Virus record (IMG/VR): IMGVR_UViG_3300024265_000031
Reading direction: 5' to 3' (one strand)
Length of the DNA: 64,000 nucleotides
DNA from: a virus
Part shown: positions 36,246-47,388 of the stretch, one piece after another
Layout of the letters: every line of letters begins with the position of its first letter
Numbering within the stretch: the stretch's first letter is position 1
Translations under genes and position numbers: made by a program
The notes under the pieces: generated by a model
Databases searched by the model: none
Told to the model about the DNA's origin: nothing
What the model saw: only the letters and a program-made list of their open reading frames with translations

Positions 36246-37550
36246 TTGAGGAGATGCATTTTGAAAAACGAAATTTTTATAGCATGTTTGAAAGAATATA
36301 ACACAAATATAAAAAGTCCATATTGGGACAAACTTGCAAAGAAATTTGATTTGTATGGGGGAAATGGTGAGAAATTAAGATCTGCATTTAAGAATGAAAG
36401 AAGAAAGAGGGGTATTCCTCCTAAAGGAAAGAATTCTGAAACTAATGTATTGGGCAATGAAGACATAGAATATATGGAAACATTTTCTATCAAAAATGAT
36501 GGAAAAATGTATTCAGATAAAGTTATTGCAATTCATGAAGAAGATAAAAAAAATCCTGAAAAACTTTTAGAACTTCACGGATTTAATCCTGAAACATGGA
36601 GTGTTTTTCATTGTACGAATAATTTGTGGCATGCTCAACGTAAAAACGATCAAGGCCATCTTTTAATGTATCAGTCTAAATTGACTGCTAGACCTAAGAA
36701 ATTAGAAGGTATTACTTTTGATGATATTGAAAAGTTTTTTAAGAAATTCAAACCACTTAATGTTTCCGCTCAGTCTAAACCATCACATTATGATAAAGAT
36801 GGATTGATGCTTGAGGTTGATATAGCAGATATTCATATTGGTGGAAAACCATTTGGCAGAGATTTGGGAGAAGATATAAAAGAAAGGTTTATACGGCTTA
36901 TTGATGATGTTTACAATAGGGCTAAAACACAACCCAAATTTGCAAAAGTTCTTTTAGTTGGACTGGGTGATATATTCCATTTTGATAATATCAAAAATAC
37001 AACTGTATATGGTACTGTCATGGAAACAAACGGCATGGATTATTCAGAAATTTTTGACCTTGGTGTTGAAATGCTTGTTTATGCCATTGATTCTTTATCT
37101 AGACTTGCACCATTAGAATTTATATTTCTACATGGCAATCATGATAAAACGTTTTCTTTCTTTTTAGCAAAGGTATTAGAAACTCATTATAAAGATGATA
37201 AAAATATTCTTGTTGATAGCAAAACATTGCCGAGAAAATTTAGGTTGTTTGGAAATTCTCTTGTTGGTTTTGCTCATGGAGATATGGCTAAAGCAAGAAT
37301 GCCTTCTTGGTTGCATCTTGAAGCAAGAAAGGAATGGAGTCTTTCAAAAAGCGTAGAAGTTCATGCGGGACATTGGCATTCTCAGACAACTATAGAAAAA
37401 AATGGTATGGTTATTCGGTATGTGCCAAGCATTGCCAATATAGATCAATGGCATTATGAAAAGGGATTTATAGGATCTAAAAAAGCTACAGTTTCATTTG
37501 TTTGGACAAAAAATAATGGACTAAAGGAAATGTGGTTTCATAATGCGTAG
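36246..37550 (+). CDS. calcineurin-like metallophosphoesterase (YonJ-like)
   Basis: DIHIG, GD.FH.D, GNHD, HGD and GHWH motifs. Confidence 0.85.
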   Translation: MRRCILKNEIFIACLKEYNTNIKSPYWDKLAKKFDLYGGNGEKLRSAFKNERRKRGIPPKGKNSETNVLGNEDIEYMETFSIKNDGKMYSDKVIAIHEEDKKNPEKLLELHGFNPETWSVFHCTNNLWHAQRKNDQGHLLMYQSKLTARPKKLEGITFDDIEKFFKKFKPLNVSAQSKPSHYDKDGLMLEVDIADIHIGGKPFGRDLGEDIKERFIRLIDDVYNRAKTQPKFAKVLLVGLGDIFHFDNIKNTTVYGTVMETNGMDYSEIFDLGVEMLVYAIDSLSRLAPLEFIFLHGNHDKTFSFFLAKVLETHYKDDKNILVDSKTLPRKFRLFGNSLVGFAHGDMAKARMPSWLHLEARKEWSLSKSVEVHAGHWHSQTTIEKNGMVIRYVPSIANIDQWHYEKGFIGSKKATVSFVWTKNNGLKEMWFHNA

Positions 37551-37562
37551 GAGTTAATCATT

Positions 37563-38546
37563 ATGGCTCAAAGAATAAAAAGCAGACAAAAAAAAACAGT
37601 GGGACAAATTACCAAAACGGGTGTTACTGTAACAGAATGTTATTGTAGAAAATGTATGCAAATGAAGCACCCAAAGTTTTTTTATTCTGCGGTTGATCCT
37701 TCTTTAGATGCTAATGGTAAATTTTCTGTTTGTACTGAATGTATTAATGATATGTTTAATAGGTTTTTTCAAATTGAATTGACAATGGAAAGAACGATTC
37801 TGAAGCTGTGTAGATTATTGAATTTACAATACGATGAGAATGCCATTGTTGCTTTGAAAAAACAGTTGGAAACAGAAGAACAAAAGGGGAAAGCACCTTC
37901 TGGGATTTTTGGAAAATATAAAGCAAGATTAAGTGCTGTCAATAGAACAAAGTTTGGCAAAGATGGTTCTGCTGACGATGAATTGGTGTTTGTTGAACCA
38001 GCCAAAGCTGTTCCAGCACAATCATTGGAAGATGTTGGTGTTGAAATAGATATAGCAGACCATTGGAAATCATTTTGGGGTATTGACTTTAATGTAGAAG
38101 ATTATCTATATCTGGATCAAGAACTTGCTAATTGGAAACGCACTAATAAATGCGATACACATCAAGAAATAACTCTTATGCGAGAAATATGTTTTATTCA
38201 AAACGATCTTCGAAAAGCAAGGATGGCTGATAAAAATACTGCTGGATTACAAAAGAACCTCATGGATGTAATGAAAAGCAGTGCTCTTACTCCAGCATCA
38301 CAAAATGCGGCTTCTAGTGGTAAAAGTGCTGATGCATTTGGTGTGTGGATAAAACAAATAGAAGGATCTACTCCTGCGGAATGGTGGGAGGATAATGAGT
38401 TATTTAAAGATGTAGATGATATTGGGAAATATATTAAAAACTACATTACACGTCCTATAAAAAATTTTATTGATGGAAGTCGCGATTTTACAATTGAAGA
38501 AATAAACGAGATGAAAGGTAAGGGAATTCTCGAAGAGGTGAAATAG
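37563..38546 (+). CDS. YonG-like protein, candidate terminase small subunit
   Basis: CRKC...CTEC; directly upstream of and coupled to terL. Confidence 0.6.
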   Translation: MAQRIKSRQKKTVGQITKTGVTVTECYCRKCMQMKHPKFFYSAVDPSLDANGKFSVCTECINDMFNRFFQIELTMERTILKLCRLLNLQYDENAIVALKKQLETEEQKGKAPSGIFGKYKARLSAVNRTKFGKDGSADDELVFVEPAKAVPAQSLEDVGVEIDIADHWKSFWGIDFNVEDYLYLDQELANWKRTNKCDTHQEITLMREICFIQNDLRKARMADKNTAGLQKNLMDVMKSSALTPASQNAASSGKSADAFGVWIKQIEGSTPAEWWEDNELFKDVDDIGKYIKNYITRPIKNFIDGSRDFTIEEINEMKGKGILEEVK

Positions 38547-41470
38547 TGTCTTATAAAAACTTCAAAAATGAATATAGGCAGGGCGCACGTAGCTCAAATG
38601 TTTTTAGACAGCCTAAAATAATGAAGACGGAAAAGGAAATAACTCAAGAAAGAAAAAATAGACAAATTGATTGGATTACTTTTTATAGAAGAAACGTTCA
38701 TAGGTTTATAGAACATTATTTTGGGATAACACTACATCCATATCAAATTATATGGATTTATGCAATGTCTGTAAGTGATTCGTATGTTTCTATATGTAGT
38801 CGTGCTGTTGGTAAAACATGGTTGCTTGCTATATATGCTATGGCAAGAGCAGTTTTATATCCTGGCTCAAAAGTAGTAGTAGTAAGTTCTACTAAAGAAC
38901 AGGGTGGTATTATTATTGATGAAAAAATCAAAGACTTGCGAGATGAATATCCAAATGTTGCAAGAGAAATAAAAAGTTTGACTTCTAATATGAATGTAAG
39001 AGAGGTTGAATTGCACAATGGAAGTCGTGTGGTTGTGGTTGCAGCAAGAGATTCGAGCAGAGGTAAACGCAGCACGTTCACAATTTACGAAGAATTCAGA
39101 CTCATTGAGAAAGAAGTTATAGACGCTATAATTAGGCCGTTTTCATTTATTAGACAAACGCCATATTTGAAAAATCCAAAATATCAGCATCTTGTTGAAA
39201 GATCAAAAGAAGCATTTATTTCTTCTGCGTGGCGCAAGGGTGAATGGTGGCACGAAGAAACATTGAAAAATATAAAAAATATGATTCTTGGTAAAAATTT
39301 TGGGTTTATTGCAATTGATTATTTAGCTGCTATAAAACACAGAATAAAAACTAAAGAAATGATTGAAGATGATAGGGCGGCAATGGATGACGTTACTGCC
39401 CTTATGGAAATTGATAATATTCCTTGGGGTGAAAGTGCCCTTGCGTATTTTAAATTGCAAATGCTTACAAGGGATAGAAAAATAAAGAAAGCTTTTTATC
39501 CTCAAAGAAATGAAACATATAACGAAAGAAAAAATCCTTATCAGTTAGATATTGCTGGAGATGAAGTTAGAATTGTTACTTGCGATATTGCTCAAATAGC
39601 TGGAAAGGCAAATGACCTTTCCATTACTGGATGCATTAGGTTGTTGCCAACCAAGAAGGGATTTCGCAGGGAGTTGGTTTATATGGAATCATATTCTGGA
39701 GTCAATTCTATTTTACAAGTATTGAAAATTAAACAAATTTATTATGATTTTAGGGCTGATTATTTAGTGTTGGATATGATGAATAGCGGGATAAATTAAG
39801 TTGTCCTCCTCATTGGTGACTTTGAGGTAATAAATTGCGGAATTAAGCGTGAAAGCTGAGAAGCCAACGCGAATCGAAGTCCATTTTTAAAAAAATAGAC
39901 AGAGGCAGAGCGTAGAAGTTGAACCTATTTATAGAATATAATACTTCCAAGAGGCCGCAATATCTTTTTTGGAGAAAAGAGAAATGATTGTAGATCAACA
40001 TGTTGAAACACGATGGAATAGCAGAACTAAAAAATATTACGAAGAGTTGGGATATGAGTACACTAAGATGGGTGATTCTATTTTTGTATTGGTGTCCGAT
40101 TTGAAATTTAGCAGTTGTGAAAAAGTAAAAATAGAATGTGATTATTGTGGTAATCAATATGGTGTTCGTTGGGCAAGTAGAACAGCCAATCTTGCAAGAA
40201 CGCCTATAAAGAAAGATGCTTGTGATGAGTGCAAGCATATAAAGGCAAGTGAAACTCTTTTTTTTAGATATGGGGATCATAGAATAATGTATATTCAAGA
40301 ATTTAAAGATAAATTGACCAATACATTTTTAGAAAAATATGGAGTTGAAAATCCTTTTGAATCTGACGAAATAAAAAAGAAAATTATAGAAACTAATTTA
40401 AAAAAATATGGAAAGCCACATTATAATCAAACTAAAGAAAGTCAAGAAAAAAGAAAATCTACTATGTTTGAAAAGTATGGTGTAGAACACATTATGCATC
40501 TTTCGGAATATCAGGAGAAAATGACAGGATCAAATCATCCTAGTTGGAAAGGCGGTGTAAGACATCCAAGGTGGGATAGACTACAGCCACCATATAAAGA
40601 ATGGCGAGATTCAGTTTATGGTAGGGACAGGTATACTTGTCAGAAATGTTTACAGCACAGCAATAAATTAGAAGCACATCATATATTAAATTGGAATGAT
40701 TTTGAAAATGAGAGATATAATGTATCTAATGGTATTACATTTTGTCAGAATTGTCATATAGAATTTCATAGAGAATATGGGAAAAAGAAAAATAATTCAG
40801 AACAACTTTCTGAATTTCTCCAAAAAAGATAAAGATTTACGCCGAACTAACAGGAAATGAACTGTTAGAACATAGGGATAAAAAGCCTTATGGATAACAA
40901 AATTGAACTATGTATGATATGTTAGGTGCAATCACCAAAGACGAAGAAAGAGGAAAGGAATATCCTCCCATGACTATCATGGAACATAAATCTCTTGATG
41001 CTGCAAAGCGCGAAGAATTATTTGAAAGAACAACTGGATTGAATGCATTACCTATGATATATCCAATTAGTGCAGGTGCTAGAGATAATGCAAATATTGC
41101 GGTAGCAATGAAAGACGTTCTACAAAAAAGAATGTTTCATTTGTTAATTGAAGAGTCTTCAGCGGGTGATTATCTGGTTAGATCACCATATAGAAAAGAA
41201 TACATGGATCCCGAAGATCTTGCTGCCAACTCGTTCTTTATCGCTCCATATGTTCAAACAAGTTTATTTATCAATGAATGCATCAATCTTGAACAAGGAT
41301 TGGCTAGTGGTCTTTTAAAATTGACTGAGCCTGGGGGTCAGAGAAAAGATAGGTATACTGCTATATCTTATGGTAATTATTTTGCTTCTATATTAGAACA
41401 AGATTTATTGATGGAAAATGAAAATCAAGATATATTTAAACAAATGATGGCTGTAACGCAAGCTGTATGA
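38546..41470 (+). CDS. terL: terminase large subunit; exons 38546-39792 and 40906-41470 (603 aa spliced)
   Basis: SRAVGKT Walker A, RGKR, IYEE Walker B, TCDIA...NDLS and RKDRY nuclease motifs; splicing gives the in-frame junction LDMMNSGITMYDMLG. Confidence 0.9.
39793..40905 (+). ncRNA. group I self-splicing intron in terL
   Basis: 5' exon GGGAT pairs with IGS GTCCT (U.G at the splice site); AGTT pairs with 3' exon AACT (P10); P3 TTGCGG/CCGCAA; P7 GAGCGTA/TACGCC; terminal G. Confidence 0.88.
39969..40832 (+). CDS. intron-encoded HNH homing endonuclease
   Basis: WR..VY.RD.YTCQKC...AHHI...NGITFC..CH..FH; KYGVE repeats. Confidence 0.88.
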   Translation: MEKREMIVDQHVETRWNSRTKKYYEELGYEYTKMGDSIFVLVSDLKFSSCEKVKIECDYCGNQYGVRWASRTANLARTPIKKDACDECKHIKASETLFFRYGDHRIMYIQEFKDKLTNTFLEKYGVENPFESDEIKKKIIETNLKKYGKPHYNQTKESQEKRKSTMFEKYGVEHIMHLSEYQEKMTGSNHPSWKGGVRHPRWDRLQPPYKEWRDSVYGRDRYTCQKCLQHSNKLEAHHILNWNDFENERYNVSNGITFCQNCHIEFHREYGKKKNNSEQLSEFLQKR

Positions 41471-41498
41471 TGTATCCTTGGGAAAGGAGGTATAAAAT

Positions 41499-43097
41499 TT
41501 GACAGACAAAGAAAATGACATTCTTCTAACTGAAGAAGAAGTTTATCAAGTTGTAGAATTTGCAAAATTTTATGGATTGAATTATCCTGGCATGATGTCT
41601 TCTTCTCTTTTAAATCAGAGAATGCAAGACGTATCTATGAATCCTGTAGCGGCAACTGAAGCCACATTAGATGCTGCTTTGAAATCACCAAAGGATTCTG
41701 AAGAACAATTGCAAGAATTTAGTCAGAATTTTGAAATTACCTCCCAACCATATAAAAGGTTGTTATCTTATCTGGGGAATACGCTTGCTTTTGATTATAC
41801 TTATAGTTGTATAAATATTAAAAAAACAAGTGATTATAAAAAACCTTCTTATAATGAAGATTTGGATGTTCTGAAAAAATTTATGGATCGTTTTGATTAT
41901 AAAAGTGAATTTACAACAGTTGTAAAACAATTGCTTAGAAACGAAGCATTCTTTTGTAGTCCCAGATTTAATTTAAATTCAAAAGAAGAAGAAAAATATA
42001 TCTTACAAGAATTTCCATCACGTCCCAGATATACAATGATAACTGGACGTTGGGCACATGGATTTTTGTTTTCATTGAATATGTATTGGTTTTTACAATC
42101 TGGTGTTGATATAAACTTATATGATCCATTTTTTAAAGAGAAATATAATCAGATTTATGATGGGCAGGGTAATCTTAAAAGATATAATCCAGCCGCATCT
42201 CCTTTAACAAGGGGCACATCTAGTTATATGTATTGGCAAGACATACCCGTTGATATTGGCTGGTGTTGGAAATTTGATCCAGCCGTGGTCACTAGAGTTC
42301 CATATTTTAGTGGTTTGTTCTTGGATTTGGTTCAACAACCTTTGATGAGAGCGTTGCAGAAAAGTATAAATATGAGTACTGCATCAAGAATTATCATAGG
42401 ACAAGTTGGAACATTGAAAGACACTGGAACTAAACAAAAGGATCAATTCAATATTAATCCGCGTGTTCTTGGTGAATTTTTAGCAGTTGTAAAAGCTGCT
42501 ATTGGAGAAGCTGCAAAAGTTGCTGCCGTTCCACTTGAAGAAGTTCAAGGTGTTGAATTTAAAAGCGAAAACGAGATGTATAATTCATATCTCAAAACTG
42601 CTTTGGGTAGTAGCGGAGTAAACTCAAATCTTATATTTTCTTCTAATTTGAAGATGAATACAATTGAAACACAATTAAGTTTGAATAATGATGAGCAATT
42701 AATGGAAGGATTGTATCCTGAATTTAATTCGTTTATTAATTATCAAGTTAATCGCAAGACAAAGAAATATAAATTTAGTGTTAAATTTGAAGGGACGCAG
42801 TTTTTTAATAATAGAAATGAAAGATTTGAGAAAGTAACAAAGTTAGCCGAAATGGGTGTTGTGCTACCTCAAAAAATGGCTGCTGCAAATGGAATGAGTC
42901 CATTTGAATTACAAAGACAAATGGAAGAAGCAAAAGCACAAGGATTTGTAGACAACCTTACTCCTATTTTATCTGTTGAACAAGGTGTAGGCAATGATAA
43001 AGGCGGACGACCAAGGAAAAAAGCAAATGAATTAGGTGAAGAAGGTTCTGAAAATAGAGCCACTGGAGCCAATATTCAGCAAGGGGGTAAGATTTGA
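41499..43097 (+). CDS. portal protein (YonE-like)
   Basis: 532 aa directly after terL; C-terminal GGRP. Confidence 0.8.
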   Translation: MTDKENDILLTEEEVYQVVEFAKFYGLNYPGMMSSSLLNQRMQDVSMNPVAATEATLDAALKSPKDSEEQLQEFSQNFEITSQPYKRLLSYLGNTLAFDYTYSCINIKKTSDYKKPSYNEDLDVLKKFMDRFDYKSEFTTVVKQLLRNEAFFCSPRFNLNSKEEEKYILQEFPSRPRYTMITGRWAHGFLFSLNMYWFLQSGVDINLYDPFFKEKYNQIYDGQGNLKRYNPAASPLTRGTSSYMYWQDIPVDIGWCWKFDPAVVTRVPYFSGLFLDLVQQPLMRALQKSINMSTASRIIIGQVGTLKDTGTKQKDQFNINPRVLGEFLAVVKAAIGEAAKVAAVPLEEVQGVEFKSENEMYNSYLKTALGSSGVNSNLIFSSNLKMNTIETQLSLNNDEQLMEGLYPEFNSFINYQVNRKTKKYKFSVKFEGTQFFNNRNERFEKVTKLAEMGVVLPQKMAAANGMSPFELQRQMEEAKAQGFVDNLTPILSVEQGVGNDKGGRPRKKANELGEEGSENRATGANIQQGGKI

Positions 43098-43148
43098 AAA
43101 TTCAAATGAAAGATAGTTTTTATCTCAATAATTTAGGAGGAATGAAAA

Positions 43149-43817
43149 ATGACAAATTTATCTACAGCCAATAAAACAAAGCTGAATAACTCAATGAGGG
43201 CTGCGCAAAATGTTGCATTGGGAGATTTGCTTGGAACAATTGAAACTGGTTCTGCTGCACAAGCAGTTGAGATTACTACTTTGCAATCTGCCTCTGCAAC
43301 GCATGATGCTGAAATTACAGCCATACAAACTAGTCAGTCTATTGTGACAGGTTCAGCGGCGGTGACAGCAGTTCACGCAAATGCTTCTGCAGTTACAATT
43401 AATACTGGAATTGGCGCAATCAAAGGGTTTACCGCACAAATATCTAGGTCTGGTAGTTTCTTTCCTGGTGGTTATGCTCTTAATTCAAGTGGAAGTTTGA
43501 TATTTGGCAAAGACACTACGGGATCATATGCCATGACAACGGGCGACTTCATCAATTATATGGCATGGCGCGACACATCAATAGTTGGAACAGGTTCAGC
43601 AACAGTGACGGAAGCGCATGTGAATGCATCAGCGGTTACTTTGGACACCAGCTTAGGATCAATCAAAGGATTTACTGCACAACTAAGTAGGTCTGGAAGT
43701 TTGTTGCCAAATGGTTATGTTCTTAATTCAAGTGGTTCACTTGTATTTGGAGCCGATTCTACGGGAAGCTATGTATTAACAGAGGTCGATTCCATATTCT
43801 ATTTCGCGTGGCAATAA
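43149..43817 (+). CDS. virion protein with internal duplication (head fibre/decoration-like)
   Basis: VT..H.NASAVT..T..G.IKGFTAQ.SRSGS...NSSGSL.FG.D.TGSY occurs twice. Confidence 0.6.
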   Translation: MTNLSTANKTKLNNSMRAAQNVALGDLLGTIETGSAAQAVEITTLQSASATHDAEITAIQTSQSIVTGSAAVTAVHANASAVTINTGIGAIKGFTAQISRSGSFFPGGYALNSSGSLIFGKDTTGSYAMTTGDFINYMAWRDTSIVGTGSATVTEAHVNASAVTLDTSLGSIKGFTAQLSRSGSLLPNGYVLNSSGSLVFGADSTGSYVLTEVDSIFYFAWQ

Positions 43818-43830
43818 AATTATATTTATT

Positions 43831-44061
43831 ATGTATATCAAAAATGCAACTAAAGAAATTTTAGATAGTGCATATAAATGTAATAAAAATATTGCTCATT
43901 ATTTGATATATACTTGCGGTTTACCAATTTTAAGTATTGTAAAAAATCAATATTATTTTGCTAAAACTGAGAAATTAGAAAATGCAGTTAAAAATTTGCC
44001 TATAGTCTTAGGGGGTGGAAAGGAGGTAAAAATTGATAAAAAAATTAAAATTTGCTGTTGA
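43831..44061 (+). CDS. hypothetical protein
   Basis: 76-aa ORF between head genes. Confidence 0.6.
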   Translation: MYIKNATKEILDSAYKCNKNIAHYLIYTCGLPILSIVKNQYYFAKTEKLENAVKNLPIVLGGGKEVKIDKKIKICC

Positions 44062-45637
44062 AAATATTAGATTTGAAGAAGACAAAAATGATAGTCAATT
44101 TGTGAATGTTTTTATAGATGCTTTTGCCTCTGGCGATAATTTACATCATATGTATGTAAGTGAAAAAGTTTTGCGAAGAACTGCACATACATTATATGAA
44201 AAACCTTTAGTTTGGGTTTATGATTCAGTGCTAGACGACATAGGTACTCACGATGAAGAATTTCAAGTTCCTGGTGGATTTATTCCAAAAGATAAACCAA
44301 TGGAGTTCAAGGAATTAGAAGATGGTAGAATTATGCTTTCTGTATGGGGAAAGATTTGGAAAAAATATAGTGGAAGACTACTAGAATTTTTTGAAAGAGA
44401 TTCTGATACCAAACCTGTATCTGTTGAAATGAATTTATTTGAACATCAAGATCATGATAAATATGAAAATGGTGAAATTTTGGATTATGCTTTTACGGCT
44501 ATCACTATGCTTGGGTCGCTTGTAACGCCTGCAATACCTGGCGCTAAAGCAAACGTAATGGCTTTTGCAAAAGAAGAAGAAGTTGCATATCAAAAAGCAT
44601 TTAGTCAAGAATTTTTATCAATTCCAGAAAAAGTTAAAGCGAGTGCAAAGCTTGGTTTGGCTTTAAGTAAGGAATATGGTGATCAAGATGATATTGCTTC
44701 ATTTATAGCAGAACACCTTGCAAATAGTGAAATTTCTTCATTAGAAAAGATACAACAAATAATTAAGCGTTTTACAAAAGATAAAATTGATATTTTATCT
44801 GAAATGGAAAAATCGCCTCCTTCAAAGGACTATATCGCATTTCAATTATGTGGTGGAATCGAAGGGTATAAATGGGCAAAACAAATTATAGCTCTAAAGG
44901 ATGATGGTTGTCCCGAAGACAATAAAGAGGAGATATTTATGACAGAAAAAGATAAAGATAATCTGACTCCTGAAGAGAAGGATCCTAATGTTGATATGTC
45001 TGTAGATAATACAGAAGATAAAGATCCTGCTGGCGAAGCGCCTGAACAGGAGCCACAGGAGGTAGAAAAGCCAGATAGTGCTAATATGTCAGAAGATTCA
45101 GATAATGAATCAAATGATGAAGATAATGATGGCGATTCAGTTAAAGAATTTAATCTTGATATGTCTTCTGTTTTTGAATCCTTGAAAGAGGATACAGAAG
45201 AGTATGCCGCATTTGAAGCCGAATTCAAGAAACCAGAAGATGAAAGAAATTATGCAGTTGGTTTTGGTTATGTGTATGCACGAATGTGTGGCTTGCAAGA
45301 GCGAATGGCAGAATATGCTGAAAAAGAAAAAGTTTATATGGCCGAATTAGAAGAATTGCGTTCATATAAAGCAGATATGGAAAAAGAAAACTTTGATTCT
45401 CAAGTTAATGTTACTTTGAAAGAAGTTGAAGGTATCGTTCCTGAAGATGAAATGGTTGTTTTGCGGGAAGATTCTGCAAACTTTGATCTGCAAACACTCG
45501 ATGGGTGGAAAAATGCCGTGAAAGCTAAAGCATTTTCATATTCAAAGAAAGAATCTGAAAATTCAGATGTTACTAAGGTTGCTTTGCCATGGATGACTGG
45601 AAAAGCAAATGAAGAAAAGGGAATTTGGGACGATTAA
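44033..45637 (+). CDS. prohead protease/scaffold (YonD-like)
   Basis: G.N.H...KP.V...H, VSVEM, F.AI..LG...PA motifs; acidic coiled C-terminus; in-frame internal RBS and ATG at 44939. Confidence 0.75.
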   Translation: MIKKLKFAVENIRFEEDKNDSQFVNVFIDAFASGDNLHHMYVSEKVLRRTAHTLYEKPLVWVYDSVLDDIGTHDEEFQVPGGFIPKDKPMEFKELEDGRIMLSVWGKIWKKYSGRLLEFFERDSDTKPVSVEMNLFEHQDHDKYENGEILDYAFTAITMLGSLVTPAIPGAKANVMAFAKEEEVAYQKAFSQEFLSIPEKVKASAKLGLALSKEYGDQDDIASFIAEHLANSEISSLEKIQQIIKRFTKDKIDILSEMEKSPPSKDYIAFQLCGGIEGYKWAKQIIALKDDGCPEDNKEEIFMTEKDKDNLTPEEKDPNVDMSVDNTEDKDPAGEAPEQEPQEVEKPDSANMSEDSDNESNDEDNDGDSVKEFNLDMSSVFESLKEDTEEYAAFEAEFKKPEDERNYAVGFGYVYARMCGLQERMAEYAEKEKVYMAELEELRSYKADMEKENFDSQVNVTLKEVEGIVPEDEMVVLREDSANFDLQTLDGWKNAVKAKAFSYSKKESENSDVTKVALPWMTGKANEEKGIWDD

Positions 45638-45676
45638 GTCTCATATCCCTAACTAATTTTTAGGAGGAATAAAAAA

Positions 45677-46240
45677 ATGGCAAATGCAATATTAGTTCCA
45701 AGCAAAATCATGGCTACAGATGTTGGTTCTTTGAACAGAAGTGTAGTTTCTGGTTCATCTACCGATATCAATCAAGGAGGAATGTTTAAACTTAGTAGTA
45801 GCGTTGTTTCTGCGAGCTCTGGTTATACAGAGGTGTGGAATACGGTTATTACTAGTGGCACTTCGGACTTGTTTGATCTGTGGATGGCGTATTCAGATGA
45901 ATTGGTAACGGTTACATCTGGAACAAGCGAATACCGTGGGCCGGATCCTGATCCAAGAAATTTCACTAACATTGGTGCAAAAGTATTTGATGCTTTCAAA
46001 CCTATGCAGGGCGATATTATTTTGATTAGTTCTGATGGAATTACTGGTAGTCCGTCTACTGGTGCTTATGTTAATGCTGGTTCTGCTACGTACACTATGA
46101 TTTGGGAAGCAGCACGTGCAGGTAGCGCAACGTCCTTCAAACTTTTGGAGGAAACATATATTTCAATAGGAACCGGTTTGATTGACACACAACGCGTTTT
46201 GGCTTACCGTTTGGAATGCCTTGGTAATCAACCTAACTAA
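45677..46240 (+). CDS. head decoration protein (YonC-like)
   Basis: between scaffold and capsid genes; F.N..K...AFKP..GDI. Confidence 0.65.
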   Translation: MANAILVPSKIMATDVGSLNRSVVSGSSTDINQGGMFKLSSSVVSASSGYTEVWNTVITSGTSDLFDLWMAYSDELVTVTSGTSEYRGPDPDPRNFTNIGAKVFDAFKPMQGDIILISSDGITGSPSTGAYVNAGSATYTMIWEAARAGSATSFKLLEETYISIGTGLIDTQRVLAYRLECLGNQPN

Positions 46241-46269
46241 TCCCAACTTTAAAAGGAGGAAATAAAAAT

Positions 46270-47388
46270 ATGAAACTCACAACTAATTTAAAACAGTTTG
46301 CTGCACAGTCTCCTGGGATTATGCAACTATTTGTAATGTTTGAGGATTACTGGAAACATTATCGTTCTAATAACGATAAGAATTTGAGTCTTGATTTCAG
46401 TATGACTAAAAATGATGGCACGTCTGTTTCGTTTTCTGAGAAAGAAGAAAAACTGAATGGTGCTATGAAACGCGAAATTCTTAAGTTGGCTGGCATTGCT
46501 GACTTTGCAGATCTTCCATTGGAAAGATGGATAACACATCCTACTCTAACATGGGCTACGTTTGCAATAGTAGGATCGCTGATTGATTTAATTATGCCAC
46601 AAACCTTGATTGAAGATATTGGTTTGTATACGGCTATAAGCACGATTGGATTTGGTGATAGTGCTTCGTTTGATGTTCAACCTCGCGACTTGTTTACTGT
46701 AAGTCGTCACGGTGCAAGACAACGAACAACAGAACTTCACAAGCAATTCCGCGGGCAAAGAACTCTTATTCCCGAAAACAGACAGATGACCGTTGTTGTT
46801 GGTATGTACAAAGTTCTTGCAGGGCAAGAATCTCTTGCTTTCTTTGTTTCTAAAGCTGTTCGCAGTATTGAAACACAAATTTTGAGAGACAGCTATGACG
46901 CGTTCTTAGTTTTAATGGAAGCTCTTGACGCAACAGCAGTAACAGGATTGCGTGTTTCTGGGTACTCCCAGGACGAAATCGCCCGTCTCGCAGAAAATGT
47001 TGAGGCGTGGAACGCGTCTTCAGTAATACTGTTGGGCACAAAACGTGCTTTGGCCACTATTTTGCCAGGAGACGCAAATTACCGCTATTCTCTCGATGAC
47101 GATTATGTTCGAATGGGATATATTTCTAATTTCTTGGGCTATCCGGTAGTCGCGTTACGGCAAGTCGCGGATCCTGCTACACCGTGGACTTCAGTCATTG
47201 ACAATGATAATATTTATATCCTTTCGCCTGGAACTGACAAATTGTTAAAATTAGTCTTCGAAGGCGGAACTATCGCGTCAACTGATAATTCGTTTGACAA
47301 TGCTAATCTGCTTCAAACTTCGACTATGATGAAGCGTTGGGCGGTGTCAGCCATCACGTCAAGCGTGGCCGGGATTATTCAAATCTAG
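46270..47388 (+). CDS. major capsid protein (YonB-like)
   Basis: 372 aa with strong AGGAGG RBS; position in head module; GFGDS, LLGT..AL..I motifs. Confidence 0.8.
   Translation: MKLTTNLKQFAAQSPGIMQLFVMFEDYWKHYRSNNDKNLSLDFSMTKNDGTSVSFSEKEEKLNGAMKREILKLAGIADFADLPLERWITHPTLTWATFAIVGSLIDLIMPQTLIEDIGLYTAISTIGFGDSASFDVQPRDLFTVSRHGARQRTTELHKQFRGQRTLIPENRQMTVVVGMYKVLAGQESLAFFVSKAVRSIETQILRDSYDAFLVLMEALDATAVTGLRVSGYSQDEIARLAENVEAWNASSVILLGTKRALATILPGDANYRYSLDDDYVRMGYISNFLGYPVVALRQVADPATPWTSVIDNDNIYILSPGTDKLLKLVFEGGTIASTDNSFDNANLLQTSTMMKRWAVSAITSSVAGIIQI

Noticed and set aside
39797-40909. Terminase pseudogene, stop-codon recoding or intein
   Set aside because: A group I intron restores the frame, and other long genes are intact in the standard bacterial code.
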